From Macrostomum lignano (taxonomy: Eukaryota), in contig NIVC01000654.1 in NCBI GenBank assembly GCA_002269645.1, positions 65,009 to 129,008 on the forward strand: a stretch of 64,000 nucleotides of DNA, given 5' to 3'. This document shows positions 1 through 13,033 of this stretch, piece by piece; the first letter of the stretch is position 1; each line of letters starts with the position of its first letter. The position numbers and the translations under genes are program-made. Below the pieces are notes generated by a model. The model saw nothing but the letters and a program-made list of their open reading frames with translations, had not been told where the DNA came from and made no database searches.

Positions 1-44
1 TTTGAAACAAGCTATTGTTTGTTTCAATCCACTCGAATGCTTAC

Positions 45-885
45 CTTGATTCCGCCCGATTTTACTTCACGTCCTCCAATTCTCGAGAGCTGATGTCCAC
101 TTTAGGAGCGCGAACGATTGGTATGCCGCAAATGTGGTCACAATAATGCTCTAAAATTGATTGTTACATGCTTCATTTGTACTGGGATACTTTCAGCTAG
201 AAGAATCTGCTTGACTTCTTTTTAAACGTATATTTGAACAGGAACACTTGCCTCCAATGTGTCCAGCGATCTTGAATCAACAGCCACTATACCAGGCAGA
301 TTGCCGGAGTAGTATCGTTCGTGAAATTCAATCAGTCGTTTTCTAAGCTCACTGATCTCCAATGATTCAACAGTTCGCTCGGCTGACGTCAGTTGAGCAA
401 GCCGATAGAATGGGTGAGCTGAAGGAGCTGTTCCCGCGAGCAGCGCTGCAGAAACTCCAAGCTGGCCAGCTTTGTTTGTATCGGCCAGACTGAAGCAGAC
501 TTTTTATGTTGGCCTCTTCAAATCGGGGTTTCGAATTCCAGCGCACAAGCCTCTAAGAAGCTTTCGAGATGAAACGATTCCAAATGAATTATGTAAGAAG
601 TCAAATCGTCGAGAAATGCTTTGACAAAGAAAGTTTTGGTTAAGCTCGAGCACCGTCAGTTCGGCGCAGAGCTGGCGGCCAGCCACGACAGTCTGGCGAT
701 CTTGCTGACGACGACGCCAAGGCTGACAATCAAATTTGACTGCGACGGACGTCCGTAAGGGTCGGCGTCTTCAGCTTCTTGAATTAGACAGGCGGTGGCA
801 ACCGGTTGTCAGCTCGATGGCTCTGTAGGTGCACTTCTTCGGCCAGGCAGGTTGTCGACTCTCTGAGACACACTGGCTGCTGCAT
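45..885 (-). pseudogene. Frameshifted M16/insulin-degrading-enzyme-like paralog (exon 1 about 885-252, exon 2 150-45); continues off the left edge
   Basis: Hand translation across several frames gives KKCTYRAIELTTG, LASLEFLQRCS and HPFYRLAQLTSAERTVESLEISELRKRLIEFHERYYSGN. These parallel the + strand gene (LSSLNWLQRCSGNSNHPYNRMVQPSQRTVELFQIEELCDRLAEFHKRHFNSN). Its exon 2 has the same boundaries (ag|AGC ... AAG|gt). Several frameshifts are needed, so it is a pseudogene or an assembly error. Confidence 0.7.
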
Positions 886-1614
886 CAGTCTAGTAGTGGT
901 ATAAAATATTTTTTTATGAACAACTACTATTAATTTTCTTCTGAGAAACTGACATCCTCGATAAAATGCAATTGTGGACATTCGTAAAAATTACGTTCTT
1001 AAGGTCTATATAAACTTACCGCATTCCCTGATTGAGCATTCTTCATGCAATTTGGATCTTCTTTCTTTTGTCCTTTAAACCACCAGTTGCTTGACCGAAC
1101 TACCGAAGATTAAAAAGTATTTCATGATGATTTAAATTTGATCTCAAATCTGTGTCATAGACTAAATTTTGCAGAAAATTGATTACCGCTAAAAGATATT
1201 TGAGGGGCGATTTTTGTTATGAAAGAAGATTTTCCAATTTAATTAGTTGAACAAACGCACCACTCTATGTCTAAAAAGTCCGACAAGTAAATGTATGAAG
1301 AACAAAGTAAAGAAACGGACCATCAATGATTGAGCCAAAATGGAATTTCGATAATTTTTCAAGACCCCAAGAGTATATAAAACTGTACTTAAAATCATTT
1401 TTCCCGTGAATCTGACTGAACTGCTCTAACATAAAAAAATATTGCGGCCAATCTGCTTTCTTTGAGCTGGATCAGAAACGTAAGTTGAGCTGTGGCATTT
1501 GCCATATGTTTTTTCTCTAATAGATACATTTGCTACATTTTAGCAGAAGCAGTTAGCAGAAGTTTATTTGAGTCTTTTACCGTAATACCACAATAACTTA
1601 ACCAGAATGCTTGT

Positions 1615-1720
1615 GGCCAGAGTACCTGTGATCAGAGTACCTGCGACCAGAGTACCTGCGACCAGAGTACCTGCGACCAGAGTACCTGCGACTAGATTAC
1701 CTGTGACTAGAGTACCTGGT
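1615..1720. repeat. 15-bp tandem repeat (GACCAGAGTACCTGC), about 6 copies
   Basis: Seen directly; it produces the VPATR pseudo-ORF at 1607-1804. Confidence 0.9.
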
Positions 1721-1825
1721 CTCGATTCTGTGTGCTATCAGAAACTAATAAGCAATCTAATCTTACGCATCTTCATATCTACTCTTAAAATTCTAGACAC
1801 CTAGCTCGTTCAACTGAAAGTGGCG

Positions 1826-4800
1826 ATGGAAATCGGCAAAATATTAAAAGATGTTCCGGCACCATTGCAGTCGAAGTGCGTTGCCATAGAAACAGCGTCT
1901 AATTACTCGGCCTGTCTAGTCAGCCAAACTGAGGACACGCTCGATCGAAAATCGCTGCTCTGCCTCACCATCGGTGTTGGTCGCTTGCACGATCCGCCAG
2001 ACTGTCTGGGACTGGCTGAACTGCTGGCAGGCATGGTTGCCATGCAAACGGATTCTACAATCGGCTTGACTGGCAGTGTGAGAGTTGCCGATGACCGAAC
2101 TGAGTTCAGCTACAAAATAACCTCCTCAGACAACGTATCAAAGGTGCTCAAACAGTTGATCAAAAGCATTACAACACCGGAATTTTCTGCGAACAGAATC
2201 AAGCATTTAATCAAAAAGGAAAAGTACAAGCAACAACTATCCTCTTTGAATTGGCTGCAGCGTTGTTCGGGAAATTCGAATCACCCCTACAATCGGATGG
2301 TTCAACCGAGCCAGCGCACAGTCGAGTTGTTTCAGATCGAGGAACTGTGCGATAGGTTAGCTGAATTCCACAAGCGGCATTTCAACTCAAACTGCCGGAG
2401 GCGAATGGCTTTGGAAGATGGTCGCTCAACTGACGAGCTTGTGGTATGTACGGGATGACATTCGATGAACAAATAGCATGCCACAGTGAAGTATTAAAAC
2501 TAGAAATAAAAAATACTCAACTCCAATTTAAACTGCGATAAACTACAGGCGTCTAATCCCTAAATGAGAACTCCGAACTCTTTATTTCAGAGCCTGACTG
2601 CCGCCACAAAATTTGATTTTTCAACCCCGACTGACTCTCGAGTACGCTCGAAGGATCAACATCCGTTGGAGGGATCATACACTGCGTTAGGGGGAACCAA
2701 GGTAATTGGGAAATAGACTTGATCAGTGACGTACTCCTTCTTTGTGACTACTATTTAAACTTACAATGCCTATACTTACGAGTTAGTACTGATTGCTTAC
2801 ACAGACAAATATAGGCTGTTTGCGTCACGTCAACGCAGCCACCGAAAAAGAGTGCTCCTAAATTAACAGAAAGAATACCAATTGGCCATTTTCCGGACCG
2901 TCGAGATATTCAACAATTCTACCAGAATTTTTCCCTTGTAAACCTTAGTGCATTTCAATACACCCCTATGCGTCAATCAGCACTGCGTCTCAGTGCGGCC
3001 TTGTCAACTCTCCAAATTTTATCAGCACGTCGACGACATGTGTCTGCGTCAGCTCTGGCCTCGTTCGTCACTGGCCTTTTACTCTGGCTAATTTTCAGGG
3101 TGTTCTTCCTCTGGTAGTTTACAGTGAAAAACAGTGGATTTGAGGCGAAGAATACAAACATAGAAATTGTGTCTAGCAGTGCGGATTACTGCATCCACTG
3201 CATCCACTCACCCCTGCTACTTATGCACAGATTCGCGGCAAGCGCATGAACTTGGGCGGCATATTCATTGTGTTCCCGCTGCCAGATCAGACCGATCTGC
3301 ACAAAAAATCGCCCGATCTATTAGTGAAGTATCTGTTTGGCAGGGATGGACCGGGCAGTCTGAAGGAGTATTTGCGTACTAAGCTCGGAGTTCAGCTTGA
3401 TAGCGCTTCCCTGATGGACACAGGCTGCATCGATTTTGATACGTTCTGCATTGCTCTTCACTGCGATGAAACAACGAAATGTACAGTCAAAACAGAAGAC
3501 TCGGTACGTCATGTTGAATGTGTCAAGTACGAGTATGTCAAATTGTGATGAATATTTTGACTTTGAGCTTCCAACTGTGTGCTTAATAGTAAGATTCGAC
3601 GTACGTATCAGTATCTCACATCAGAATGTGAATCGCACCTCACTATCATCAACTCGCAGGTAATTAGTGCAGTCTTCCGCTACCTGGCAATGATCCGCAG
3701 TCAATCGCAGCATTTCGAACAGCTGCACAATGAGGTCAGGTTAGATAGACGGGCGCATTTCCTACCTGAAGTTGACGATTGGTCTGCTTTTCTGAAGCTC
3801 AAACGCCTGCCATTGGTGAATGACGAGTTCAACATCGCGACTCGATTGCACCGGTACGAGATCGCGGATGTGCTCTCAGCCAGGCACTTGCTTTCGAGCT
3901 ATTCTGCCGAGGAAATGAACGGGTTTCTGGCTTGGCTGACTGTGGACCAGTGCAGAGTGTTCGTTTCCGACTTGGACTGGCATACGGAGCACGTGTGCTT
4001 ATTCAGCTGTGAGACTTGGGTTATAAAAAGTATAAACCTTCGCAGGAGCGATGTAGGTAGGGACGGCGCAACGCCTTCGGCGACATCGTTCCACAACCAG
4101 CGCTGCAATTCTGGCCATTCCGCTGACTCCTGAGGACGTGCATACGAGAGCGTCAATACTGTACACAGACACACGCTCACGCAGAGTGTACAGCGGCCCT
4201 GACTTACTAATCGTCAGGCATGTACACTCTCTGTGCCTCTGGCTCTCGAAGGCGTAAATCGTGTACGCATAGCAACCCCCTTCTCGCTAATTTTATGCAC
4301 AAGCCGGTGGTGTTGCGCAAGAGTCAGATGCATTTCGAACGTATGAATTTCGAACAGAGAGTCTAAAAACTGTTGAGAATTGCTGTCTTTACTTTGTTAA
4401 GGCAGGCCAGCTCAGCGGAAGCGTGTCTGACTCTTGCACAACACAAACCATGCTTCGATTGTGTTAGTCTACATAATTTGGGCTTGTTCCAGGAATCTTT
4501 CTAGGGGCTGTCCTACCAATTTAACCCCAAGGCACACAGAGTGTGTACATGGATTTATTAGAACTTGGCCATCACAAGTTTCGCTTGATCATGCGGACTT
4601 AAATTTGCAAGAATTTCAACAACAAAAAAGCGCTAAAATCTCTTTATTGTTTCTTGCGGGACCAAAGGGTTTTGTAGTCGAAGAATAGTAAATCATGTAT
4701 TTTGTAGTTAAGAAGCAACAATCGCAACTTCAACACATCAACTTCAGCTCCCGACGGAAGGCTGTGCTGCCAGCCCGACGGCATAGCTCCTTACAATTTG

Positions 4801-7800
4801 GAGAAGCTGTCTGAAAACTTATTGGCTCTGTGCAGAGCCGAATGGCCAACTGCAAGCTGTCAGATTGACACTGTGTTCACCTGGCCAAGACCGAGGCCGT
4901 TTGTGTGCAAAAATTTTAGTTTAAAGCCCCGAGACTCAACTAATCAGGTCAGTAAATAAATAAATTTTTGACTGCGGTCATATTTTTGGTCATACTGACA
5001 TTCACCGCATTTGCTATAATCTATAGATCACGGACTACTAGACATGCCAGCTTAGTTCCTTAAATTTCAGTCAGGAAGTAGCAAGCAAGAATGTGATAGC
5101 TATTTTATGTAAAGAACCGTAGTTGAAGTGACTTGTAGACGTCTACAGCTTGCTAATTGGTGCAGACGTAATGTGCACTAAACAGCGTCATTGAGAATAT
5201 GCATTGCATGAAAGCGTTAGGCTGAAGAGGTCTAGAGAGGAGTTAAAAGGACTATTTGTGAAAAGACGTGTTCAAGAAAAATTTTAAGCTACGGTTAAAG
5301 TGAGCTGGACCAATAAACGAGTCTTATCCAATGAAGCTTTCTACTCAACTTCTTTCTACTCTATGGGCCAATGAGCTATGAGCAATGAGTTCACCGTATT
5401 CATCATGTTGTAGTATCTGCGGTATAAACCGATAATTAAAACCCACAGCCGAACGGGCCTCGTAAAATCAAACGCCAAAGTACACTAGACGGCAGCTCAT
5501 CCAGCACTAATCTCTGGTTCCGACAAGATGACCGGTTCCAAACCGAACTTGCCTACATATCCGTCGACCTGCTGCCTCCAGTTGACGTTGTGAGGCTCGC
5601 CCTGGCCTCGTCTCTGCAGATCAGCATTCTGGCCAATCTATTTTCTGAAGAGCTGGCCGATCTGAAAATGCAAGCGGTTGAAGCCGACCTTGAGCTGAGC
5701 GTCTCTCGAAGCTGCAGCGGCATCCAGGTTTGCTGCAGCGGTCACAGCGAGCCTCTACCGGCCCTTTTGTTGGCCGCATTGGGTCGCATTGCAGAGCTGC
5801 GAGTTCCCTTAAACTACTTCAACCAGGTGTGTCTTCCCTTGGCAGACTGCCTTAAAACACTGTGGGCAGAAAAGTTCAGTTATAATGCGTCTGAATCTCG
5901 CGCAACACGACCCCTGGTTCGATTCCGCGGAAGGTCGGAAGATTGACCGGGAGGTTGTGGTGCCATGAGGGCCAACCCCCAAGGCAAAGAGAGTGTACAT
6001 GCCCAGGGGCGTTGCCATGGATTTTATGGTGGGGGACAAAGCCAAGAATTGTACATGTACATGTACATGACTAAATTACTATATGTACATTATTTTCAGA
6101 ATCGGTGTCGTCAGAGACCATTTTAGCACCGCAGGCACCCATTTTAGCGCCGCAGGCACTCAATTGGTTCACAGGCACTCATTTTAGCGCCGCATGCACT
6201 CATTTTACCGCCGCAGGCACTCATTTTAGCGCCGCAGGCACTCATTTCAGCATCGCAGGCACCCATTTTACCGCCGCAGGCACCATTTTACCGCCGCAGG
6301 CACCATTTTACCGCCGCAGGCACTCATTTTACCGCCGCAGGCACCATTTTACCGCCGCAGGCACCATTTTAGCGCCGCAGGCACCATTTTAGCGCCACAG
6401 GCACTCATTTTAGCACCGCAGGCACCCATTTTAGCACCGCAGGCACTCATTTTAGCGCCGCAGGCACTCATTTTAGCACCGCAGGCACTCATTTTAGCGC
6501 CGCAGGCACTCATTTTAGCGCAGTAGGCACTCATTTTAGCACCGCAGGCACCCATTTTAGCGCCGCAGGCACTCATTTTAGCACCGCAGGCACTCATTTT
6601 AGCACCGCAGGCACTCATTTTAGCACCGCAGGCACTCATTTTAGCGCCGCAGGCACTCATTTTAGCGCAGTAGGCACTCATTTTAGCGCCGCAGGCACTC
6701 ATTTTAGCGCAGTAGGCACTCATTTTAGCACCGCAGGCACTCATTTTAGCACCGCAGGCACTCATTTTAGCACCGCAGGCACTCATTTTAGCACCGCAGG
6801 CACCCATTTTAGCGCCGCAGGCACTCATTTTAGCGCAGTAGGCACTCATTTTAGCACCGCAGGCACTCATTTTAGCACCGCAGGCACTCATTTTAGCGCC
6901 GCAGGCACTCATTTTAGCGCAGTAGGCACTCATTTTAGCGCCGCAGGCACTGATTTTAGCGCAGTAGGCACTCATTTTAGCACCGCAGGCACTCATTTTA
7001 GCACCGCAGGCACTCATTTTAGCACCGCAGGCACTCATTTTAGCACCGCAGGCACTCATTTTAGCGCCGCAGGCACTCATTTTAGCGCCGCAGGCACTCA
7101 TTTTAGCACCGCAGGCACTCATTTTAGCACCGCAGGCACTCATTTTAGCACCGCAGGCACTCATTTTAGCGCCGCAGGCACTCATTTTAGCGCCGCAGGC
7201 ACTCATTTCAGCGCCGCAGGCACTCATTTTAGCGCCGCAGGCACTCATTTTAGCGCAGTAGGCACTCATTTTAGCGCAGTAGGCACTCATTTTAGCACCG
7301 CAGGCACTCATTTTAGCGCAGTAGGCACTCATTTTAGCGCCGCAGGCACTCATTTTAGCGCCGCAGGCACTCATTTTAGCGCAGCAGGCACTCATTTTAG
7401 CGCAGTAGGCACTCATTTTAGCACCGCAGGCACTCATTTTAGCGCCGCAGGCACTCATTTTAGCGCAGTAGGCACTCATTTTAGCGCAGTAGGCACTCAT
7501 TTTAGCACCGCAGGCACTCATTTTAGCGCAGTAGGCACTCATTTTAGCGCCGCAGGCACTCATTTTAGCGCCGCAGGCACTCATTTTAGCGCAGCAGGCA
7601 CTCATTTTAGCGCAGTAGGCACTCATTTTAGCACCGCAGGCACTCATTTTAGCGCAGTAGGCACTCATTTTAGCGCAGTAGGCACTCATTTTAGCACCGC
7701 AGGCACTCATTTTAGCGCAGCAGGCACTCATTTTAGCGCAGTAGGCACTCATTTTAGCACCGCAGGCACCCATTTTAGCGCCGGCAGGTACTCAATTTGG

Positions 7801-10411
7801 TTCACAGGCACTCATTTTAGCGCCGCAGGCACCATTTTTGTCCGCAGGCGCTATGTTTTGTCGCTCTGAAGCGATTTTTTAATTTCCATTACAGGTCAAC
7901 GAAGATGGGGTGGGGGGGGACAAAGCATTAGCATGTCCTCCCCCCCCCTGTCCCCCCGGTGGCGACGCCCCTGTACGTACCTGACGATTAGAAAGTCAGG
8001 GCCGCTGTAAACCTTGTGTGAGCGGTTGTTATGACTGCGTGCCTGTGTACAGTATGTGCTTAGGGTCCAGCGGCTCAGGATATAAGATGTAGCCCATCAA
8101 AGTTATTTTTTGAATTTAAAATTACATTCATTGCATTCAAATTAATTTTGAACATTTCGTTCACCTTTGCACAGGAGCGCATTGGAAATCTTAGAGCGCA
8201 GAAGTTTTCATTACAGCCCTGTTCAGACTTATCCCAGATTGCAAATCGCTTGGATCTGGCTGGATTTTTACACATCCAGCGAGACTATCAGTCCTTGGAT
8301 ACGCAAACGCTGGGTGAGTGAGGTACCATTGATTGTAAACTGTCGCACTGACTTGTAGCTCAACCATAATTACACAATGTTTTCCTCTCATAACACAAAA
8401 GCCAGACCGAGAAGTGGAAATCAATCCGTCAAGTTTCATAGCGCATCACTTTTCCAATCCCGCTCATGCCACTCCGCTGGAACGCGAGAACTGGCCCAGC
8501 CGGCCAGAACTGTATGCTGAGATTCTGGCGCTGGGCAATCTCACTGCTGAGCAAGTCATCTCACTGGTTGACTCAATTACAGCTGTTCTTCCACCACTTT
8601 CGCGGCGTCCAGCGGACACGTTTCGATTGGATCCATTTTTTATGCGCTGTTCTGAGCGACTCCTACCAAGGGGCAGTCACCATTTCATCCGGTTGAACTT
8701 TGCTACTAACAGAAGCATCGAACTTACCAGCCGGACTACGAGGTTGAAGAAAGGTGACGCTGCATTGACCAAGTCGGTTTGCGGCCTGCTGCTTCAGATG
8801 CCGACTGCGATATCGGGAGGGTTAAAAAAGCAAGCGTCAAAATATGACGACTTCTTCTTCCGTCGGTTCTGGCATAAGTGCTGCTTGTGGCTACTGAAAG
8901 AAGCTCTGACACTCTGTACAAAACTGCCCGATTGTACAAAACGCGATTTAAGGTGGGACACGATGATTGGCTGCAACGCCAATTGCATCGTCATTGAGCT
9001 AGTCTCCGAGTCGCATCCCGTTGCGGTAAGTCTCTTGGTTTGAACTTCTCATTAGAAGAGCCGTCGTGCTATCCACAGCCATGAGGACCAACTCCCAAGG
9101 CGCAGAGAGTGTACATGCCTGACGATTAGAAGGTCAAGCTGTGCACTCTGTGTGAGCGTGTGTATAATGAGTGCATGGGTGCCTGCGTACAGTATTGGCG
9201 CGCTCGGAATTGCCTCGGAGCATTGGCCGTGGAACCATGTCGTCGAAAGCGTTGTGCCTGCGCGCTCACAACCTGCCTTCTGCATGCAATTATTCTAGGT
9301 ATTAGATGCAGTAGATATATGCATTCACAGCAAGGACACGGCATTCTCAGTCGGCGTTTCTTTAACTGCCGGTGGACGATTCAGAGACACGCCCTTTGAC
9401 GCTGTGCCCCAGTTTCTTGAGACCTTGGCTGACAGAATATTTTGCTACTGTATTTTCTTGCGGATTTACATTCAGAATGACATGTAGCAAGCTGTTTTAC
9501 TGCATGAATATTGACCTGTTGCTAAACATCTGCACGCAGATTGAAACAACAATCGAGTTGGTAATCGCATGCGTCGGTAAAACAGTGGATTCCATAACCA
9601 AGGAGCAGCTGGCGGGTATGAAGAGTCGAGTGCAGCAGCTTGCGACACGTCTGTTTACTGCGCCAAATTTAAACAGGCAGCATGAGCTGTACTGGCGACA
9701 CATCACCTGCGGCGACTACGATTTCAGCTGGGATACCAATAGTTTGGACACCAATGTCAAAGCTATTCTGGATAGAATTAGCAAAAAGGATCTTTACAAT
9801 TATTGGAAGGTGAGCTGTCTAGTTGTTTACCCACTAGTAAGCGTTCGATAATCCGAAGTGAACGTTTAAAGTTTCAAGACTTTGACGCATTGGCACAAAT
9901 TTTCCCAGCAATATACATACCAACGTCGTTATAGCTCGTACTGTGTGGCTATTGTACATGTCCCAGTCCTTCCACTTCTACCCAAATGTAGATGTGCCCA
10001 GTCCTTCCACTCCTGCCCCGATGTACATGTGCTTAATTCCAAGACTTTCCACTCCTTACCCCAATGCACATATTGTTGCTCAGTCCTTCGACTCCTTTCC
10101 TTTCTGCCCCAATGTACATTTACCCAGCCCTTCCACTACTGCCCCAATGTACGACGTACAATATCTATGTCAAAGCTATTCATCAGCTAGTGCTCGTACC
10201 AATCGAATGATTTGATTATTTGATTTTTCCAATCAAAAACTTCCCACTTACATTGTAGTACATATCTGTATTACATGTAATCACTGTAAACTATATATTT
10301 TAGAAATGGCTGAAACAGGGTTCGCAAGACAGGCGTGTGCTGAGTGTTCACAAAATCAATAGGCAGCAGTTCACCTTTAATGCTCAGGACGATTATTATG
10401 CTACCTATCAG
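1826..10411 (+). CDS. Insulin-degrading enzyme/nardilysin-like M16 family protein, probably catalytically dead. Exons 1826-2445, 2591-2701, 3231-3503, 3661-4008, 4748-4947, 5449-5826, 8175-8313, 8442-9025, 9540-9809, 10304-10411; last exon unresolved (possibly 10900-10926)
   Basis: The exons join in frame at GT-AG sites. Collinear IDE-like motifs: GRLHDPPDCLGL, VFPLPD...YLFGRDGPGSL, LWFRQDDRF, AEILALGNLT, YWRHITCGDYDF, RRVLSVH. LGLAELLAGM occupies the position of the GLSHFCEHM zinc motif. Confidence 0.8.
4040..4280 (-). mobile_element. SINE-like family copy A (hairpin core 4183-4230)
   Basis: The reverse complement contains AGAGTGTACATGCCTGACGA...GTCAGGGCCGCTGTACACTCT, shared with five other dispersed copies. 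Confidence 0.75.
6004..7973. mobile_element. hAT-like non-autonomous element carrying a 21-bp minisatellite
   Basis: TIRs CAGGGGCGTTGCCA and TGGCGACGCCCCTG. Imperfect 8-bp flanking duplication TACATGCC (5996-6003) and TACGTACC (7974-7981). Confidence 0.7.
6115..7840. repeat. 21-bp minisatellite (TTTTAGCACCGCAGGCACTCA), about 80 copies
   Basis: Seen directly; it produces the MSACGAK pseudo-ORF at 6349-7773. Confidence 0.95.
9060..9270 (+). mobile_element. SINE-like family copy C
   Basis: AGAGTGTACATGCCTGACGATTAGAAGGTCAAGCTGTGCACTCT at about 9106-9151, followed by the shared 3' part. Confidence 0.7.
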
Positions 10412-10896
10412 GTGAGCCAGCAGCATTGTACGAGTGTAAATGCGCTTTTCTGTTTTTTTTTAAACTGGAAATGTTGCCTTCAGCGTGTAGTTATGAATAA
10501 TTACAGGTATACAGTACCTTTAGGCTCTCAGGCAAATTAAAAAATCTGAGTGTCTCGTCATCTAAGTAAAAATAGCGTAAAGCTTTAACAGGATAAACTA
10601 GCAGTAAGTGCTTATCAATATTTCAACCATTGCCCTAATTGTACAATGCAGGGCATTACATGCAGGGCATTGAAGTGCGCAGTCTTGACGACTTCAAACA
10701 AAATCTGCAAGACTGCATTCCAATGCAAACTGCCAGTCTGAAAGACACTTTCAACAGCTAATAATGTGCCATTAGTAACTGCAACTTTAATTGCGATTCG
10801 CCTTTAAGCAAACGCTAAATAGGTATTACTTGTAGTAGTGCATCACTTTGTTTTGTCACTTAAAATGTAGACATTAAAATAAAGTTTATGTATTCA

Positions 10897-11200
10897 CAGG
10901 TGTCGCCAGGACTTTTTATTAGATAGAGCACGTCTTCTGAAGGCGCCAGCGCGAGGGGGTCAACTTGAGGTGCCATTCCTCGGAGGGCGTCATCGTGCAG
11001 GGGCCCCCGACCCGGGCTTTAGTGCCAGGGGCTTTAGCTAATACCAGGGGCTTAACACCAGGGGCTTAACACCAGGGGCTTAACACCAAGGGCACCAACA
11101 TCAGAAGGGCGCCAATACCGGGCCGCCGCAGCTACTACAGAGGTACCCAAGGGAGGCCACGGCCACCCCCACCTCCCCCACCCCCTGCATATAGCCAATG
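10897..11200. mobile_element. Degenerate GC-rich MITE-like insert with a 14-bp repeat (AACACCAGGGGCTT)
   Basis: CAGGTGTCGCCAGG-type left end and a C-rich right end; termini are degraded and no TSD was confirmed. Confidence 0.35.
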
Positions 11201-12266
11201 ATTTTTCAGCCAGTATTCAATACCCTACATGAACGTATACTGCTGTATATTTTAGCAAACTTTTCCGAGAAGCAGTCTTCAAAAACCAAGCTGTCAAAGT
11301 TCACTGCTTTAAATATACAATATATTGTTGTATCATCTGTATCTATGCTTGAGAACTTTGGTTTAACATGACACTGCGGGAACCGATTTTCGTTTGGTTT
11401 TGCAGAATATTCTATGCGCATTGATAACGCGCTGGTACACGTAATTTTACCAAGAAATTGCTTCATTTTTTATAGGATTAAAAATAAAAAACTCTAAGAA
11501 AGAAAGTATTTTTGATCGGGTGTACTTCAAGGTAAAACATTTTGCTCTGACTGAAAAGCTGGAAGAAATTTTTGAAATGCTGTGTCTCACAGGTAGAATC
11601 GCTGAGCTGTCCGGCTATTAAGGCTCATGGGGTATGGCTGAGATGTCAAGGCTGATTAGGGAGTTGCTGAGATGAAAAGGCTCTCGCAGGGATGAGATGA
11701 TGATATTGCTGTCAAAATTAAGCTACGAGTACATGTACGAGCTAGTTTATTCAAGGATAAATCCCTTTGGATGTATACAGCAAGGAACAGCGGCCTATCT
11801 GCTGGCGTCATCAACAACCTCATCAACCTGGGCACCTGCGACTACAACGACATCGACCTCGCCTGGGTCCCTGCCCACTGTGGCATACCCGCTAATGAAG
11901 CCGCGGACCGAACCGCAAATCACGCAGCCCGCCTGCCGCAAACCTCGGCTGCCATTTCGCTCAGTAGTACCGCCAAGGCCGCTATTCGCCTTGATGACAG
12001 CGTCATGCCACCGGCCTACCTAGCCGACTTTTCACACCAACAACAACAACAAACAACAAAGTATATGCGACCCCGCATGCACAGTCACAGTTAGAGCAGG
12101 GCGCGTCAGATGGCGCGCCGCAGAGCCTGGGAGCGAACAAGTTCCAAGTTGGGCCGAGCACACAGCTGCCTGCCAACTCCGAGCCTGTGCTTCCATGCTG
12201 GGCGCCGAGGTCCGACATCGTTTCGGCCTGACGGACTCCTGCTCTGCCAGGATTGCGGGGCACCGG

Positions 12267-12421
12267 AGTAGTAGAGGATAACACAACTCTGCCGCAGGGA
12301 AAGCCACGGAAATTCCGTGGGCCCGGATCAGAAGGGCGCCTATGTGTTTGCATAGCTCAACTCTGCCGCAGGCAAAGCCATGGGAATTCCGTAGACTCCT
12401 AATGAGAGTTCATAGGCACCT
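12267..12421. repeat. Left terminal inverted repeat (155 bp)
   Basis: Reverse complement of 14532-14686 except at position 12410. Contains two copies of AACTCTGCCGCAGGsAAAGCCAyGGrAATTCCGT. Confidence 0.95.
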
Positions 12422-13033
12422 CATGGGGGAATCCGCAAGTATGCACAGAGGCGAGCTAGGGGAATCTCTAGAAATTGTGTTGAACGATTGGCAAATATCA
12501 GCGGTATTTTATTGTATTCAGTATTATACTAATACTTTATTATATAATTTTATCGGTAATAACAAACTTCTGTAAACAAACATAGTGGTAGCCAAGCCTC
12601 TCTCTCTCCCGCTGTCTGGGAGCTGGCGGCGGCGGCGGCTTTGTTGCTGAAAGGAGAGAGTGCTCAGTTATCAGTAGTTTTATTGCCACCCTCGACTGGG
12701 TGGGGTAAAGTTGGCGGCGTATTCAAAAGAATTTAGCGGGGCGTGCGGGAATTTAACAAGGGCTCAATACCTGGATGCGCTGATGAAATCATTGGACATT
12801 GGGTGGCTGACTGTAAACATAGCAAAGCTGAAAACATAGCGGCTATGTTTTTATTAACACAGATTTGGTTGAAGTGGGTATATAAGAGGCTAAATATGTG
12901 CATATGAGAAGTTTAAATTTAAATTTTATTTTAAACTAAATTTCTCATAGATTTTTAAATAATGAATAAATCTCGGTGTCCATCCTACGTGCACGAGGTG
13001 TGCATCAGCTGCAATTCATGTGAGCTCGGTGGG

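Larger units (their letters stand above)
5945..8075 (+). mobile_element. SINE-like family copy B, split by a MITE insertion (5945-6003 plus 7974-8075)
   Basis: GAGAGTGTACATGCC ends at 6003 and resumes as TGACGATTAGAAAGTCAGGGCCGCTG at 7982. Confidence 0.75.

Noticed and set aside
6349-7773. Long ORFs with repetitive peptides (MSACGAK here; also LSIY, SPVPLPLTC, MEDWAIIK, AVIDEDQGGWL, SKSHFNS, MAHLDLT elsewhere)
   Set aside because: They are stop-free frames through minisatellites in introns or spacers, with no splice or homology support.
7975-8015. CTGACGA-N3-GAAA in the SINE hairpin looks like a minimal hammerhead ribozyme core
   Set aside because: There is no stem III or NUH cleavage triplet, GAAA is lost in several copies, and copy D changes CUGA to CUAA with a compensatory partner, which favours a simple stem.
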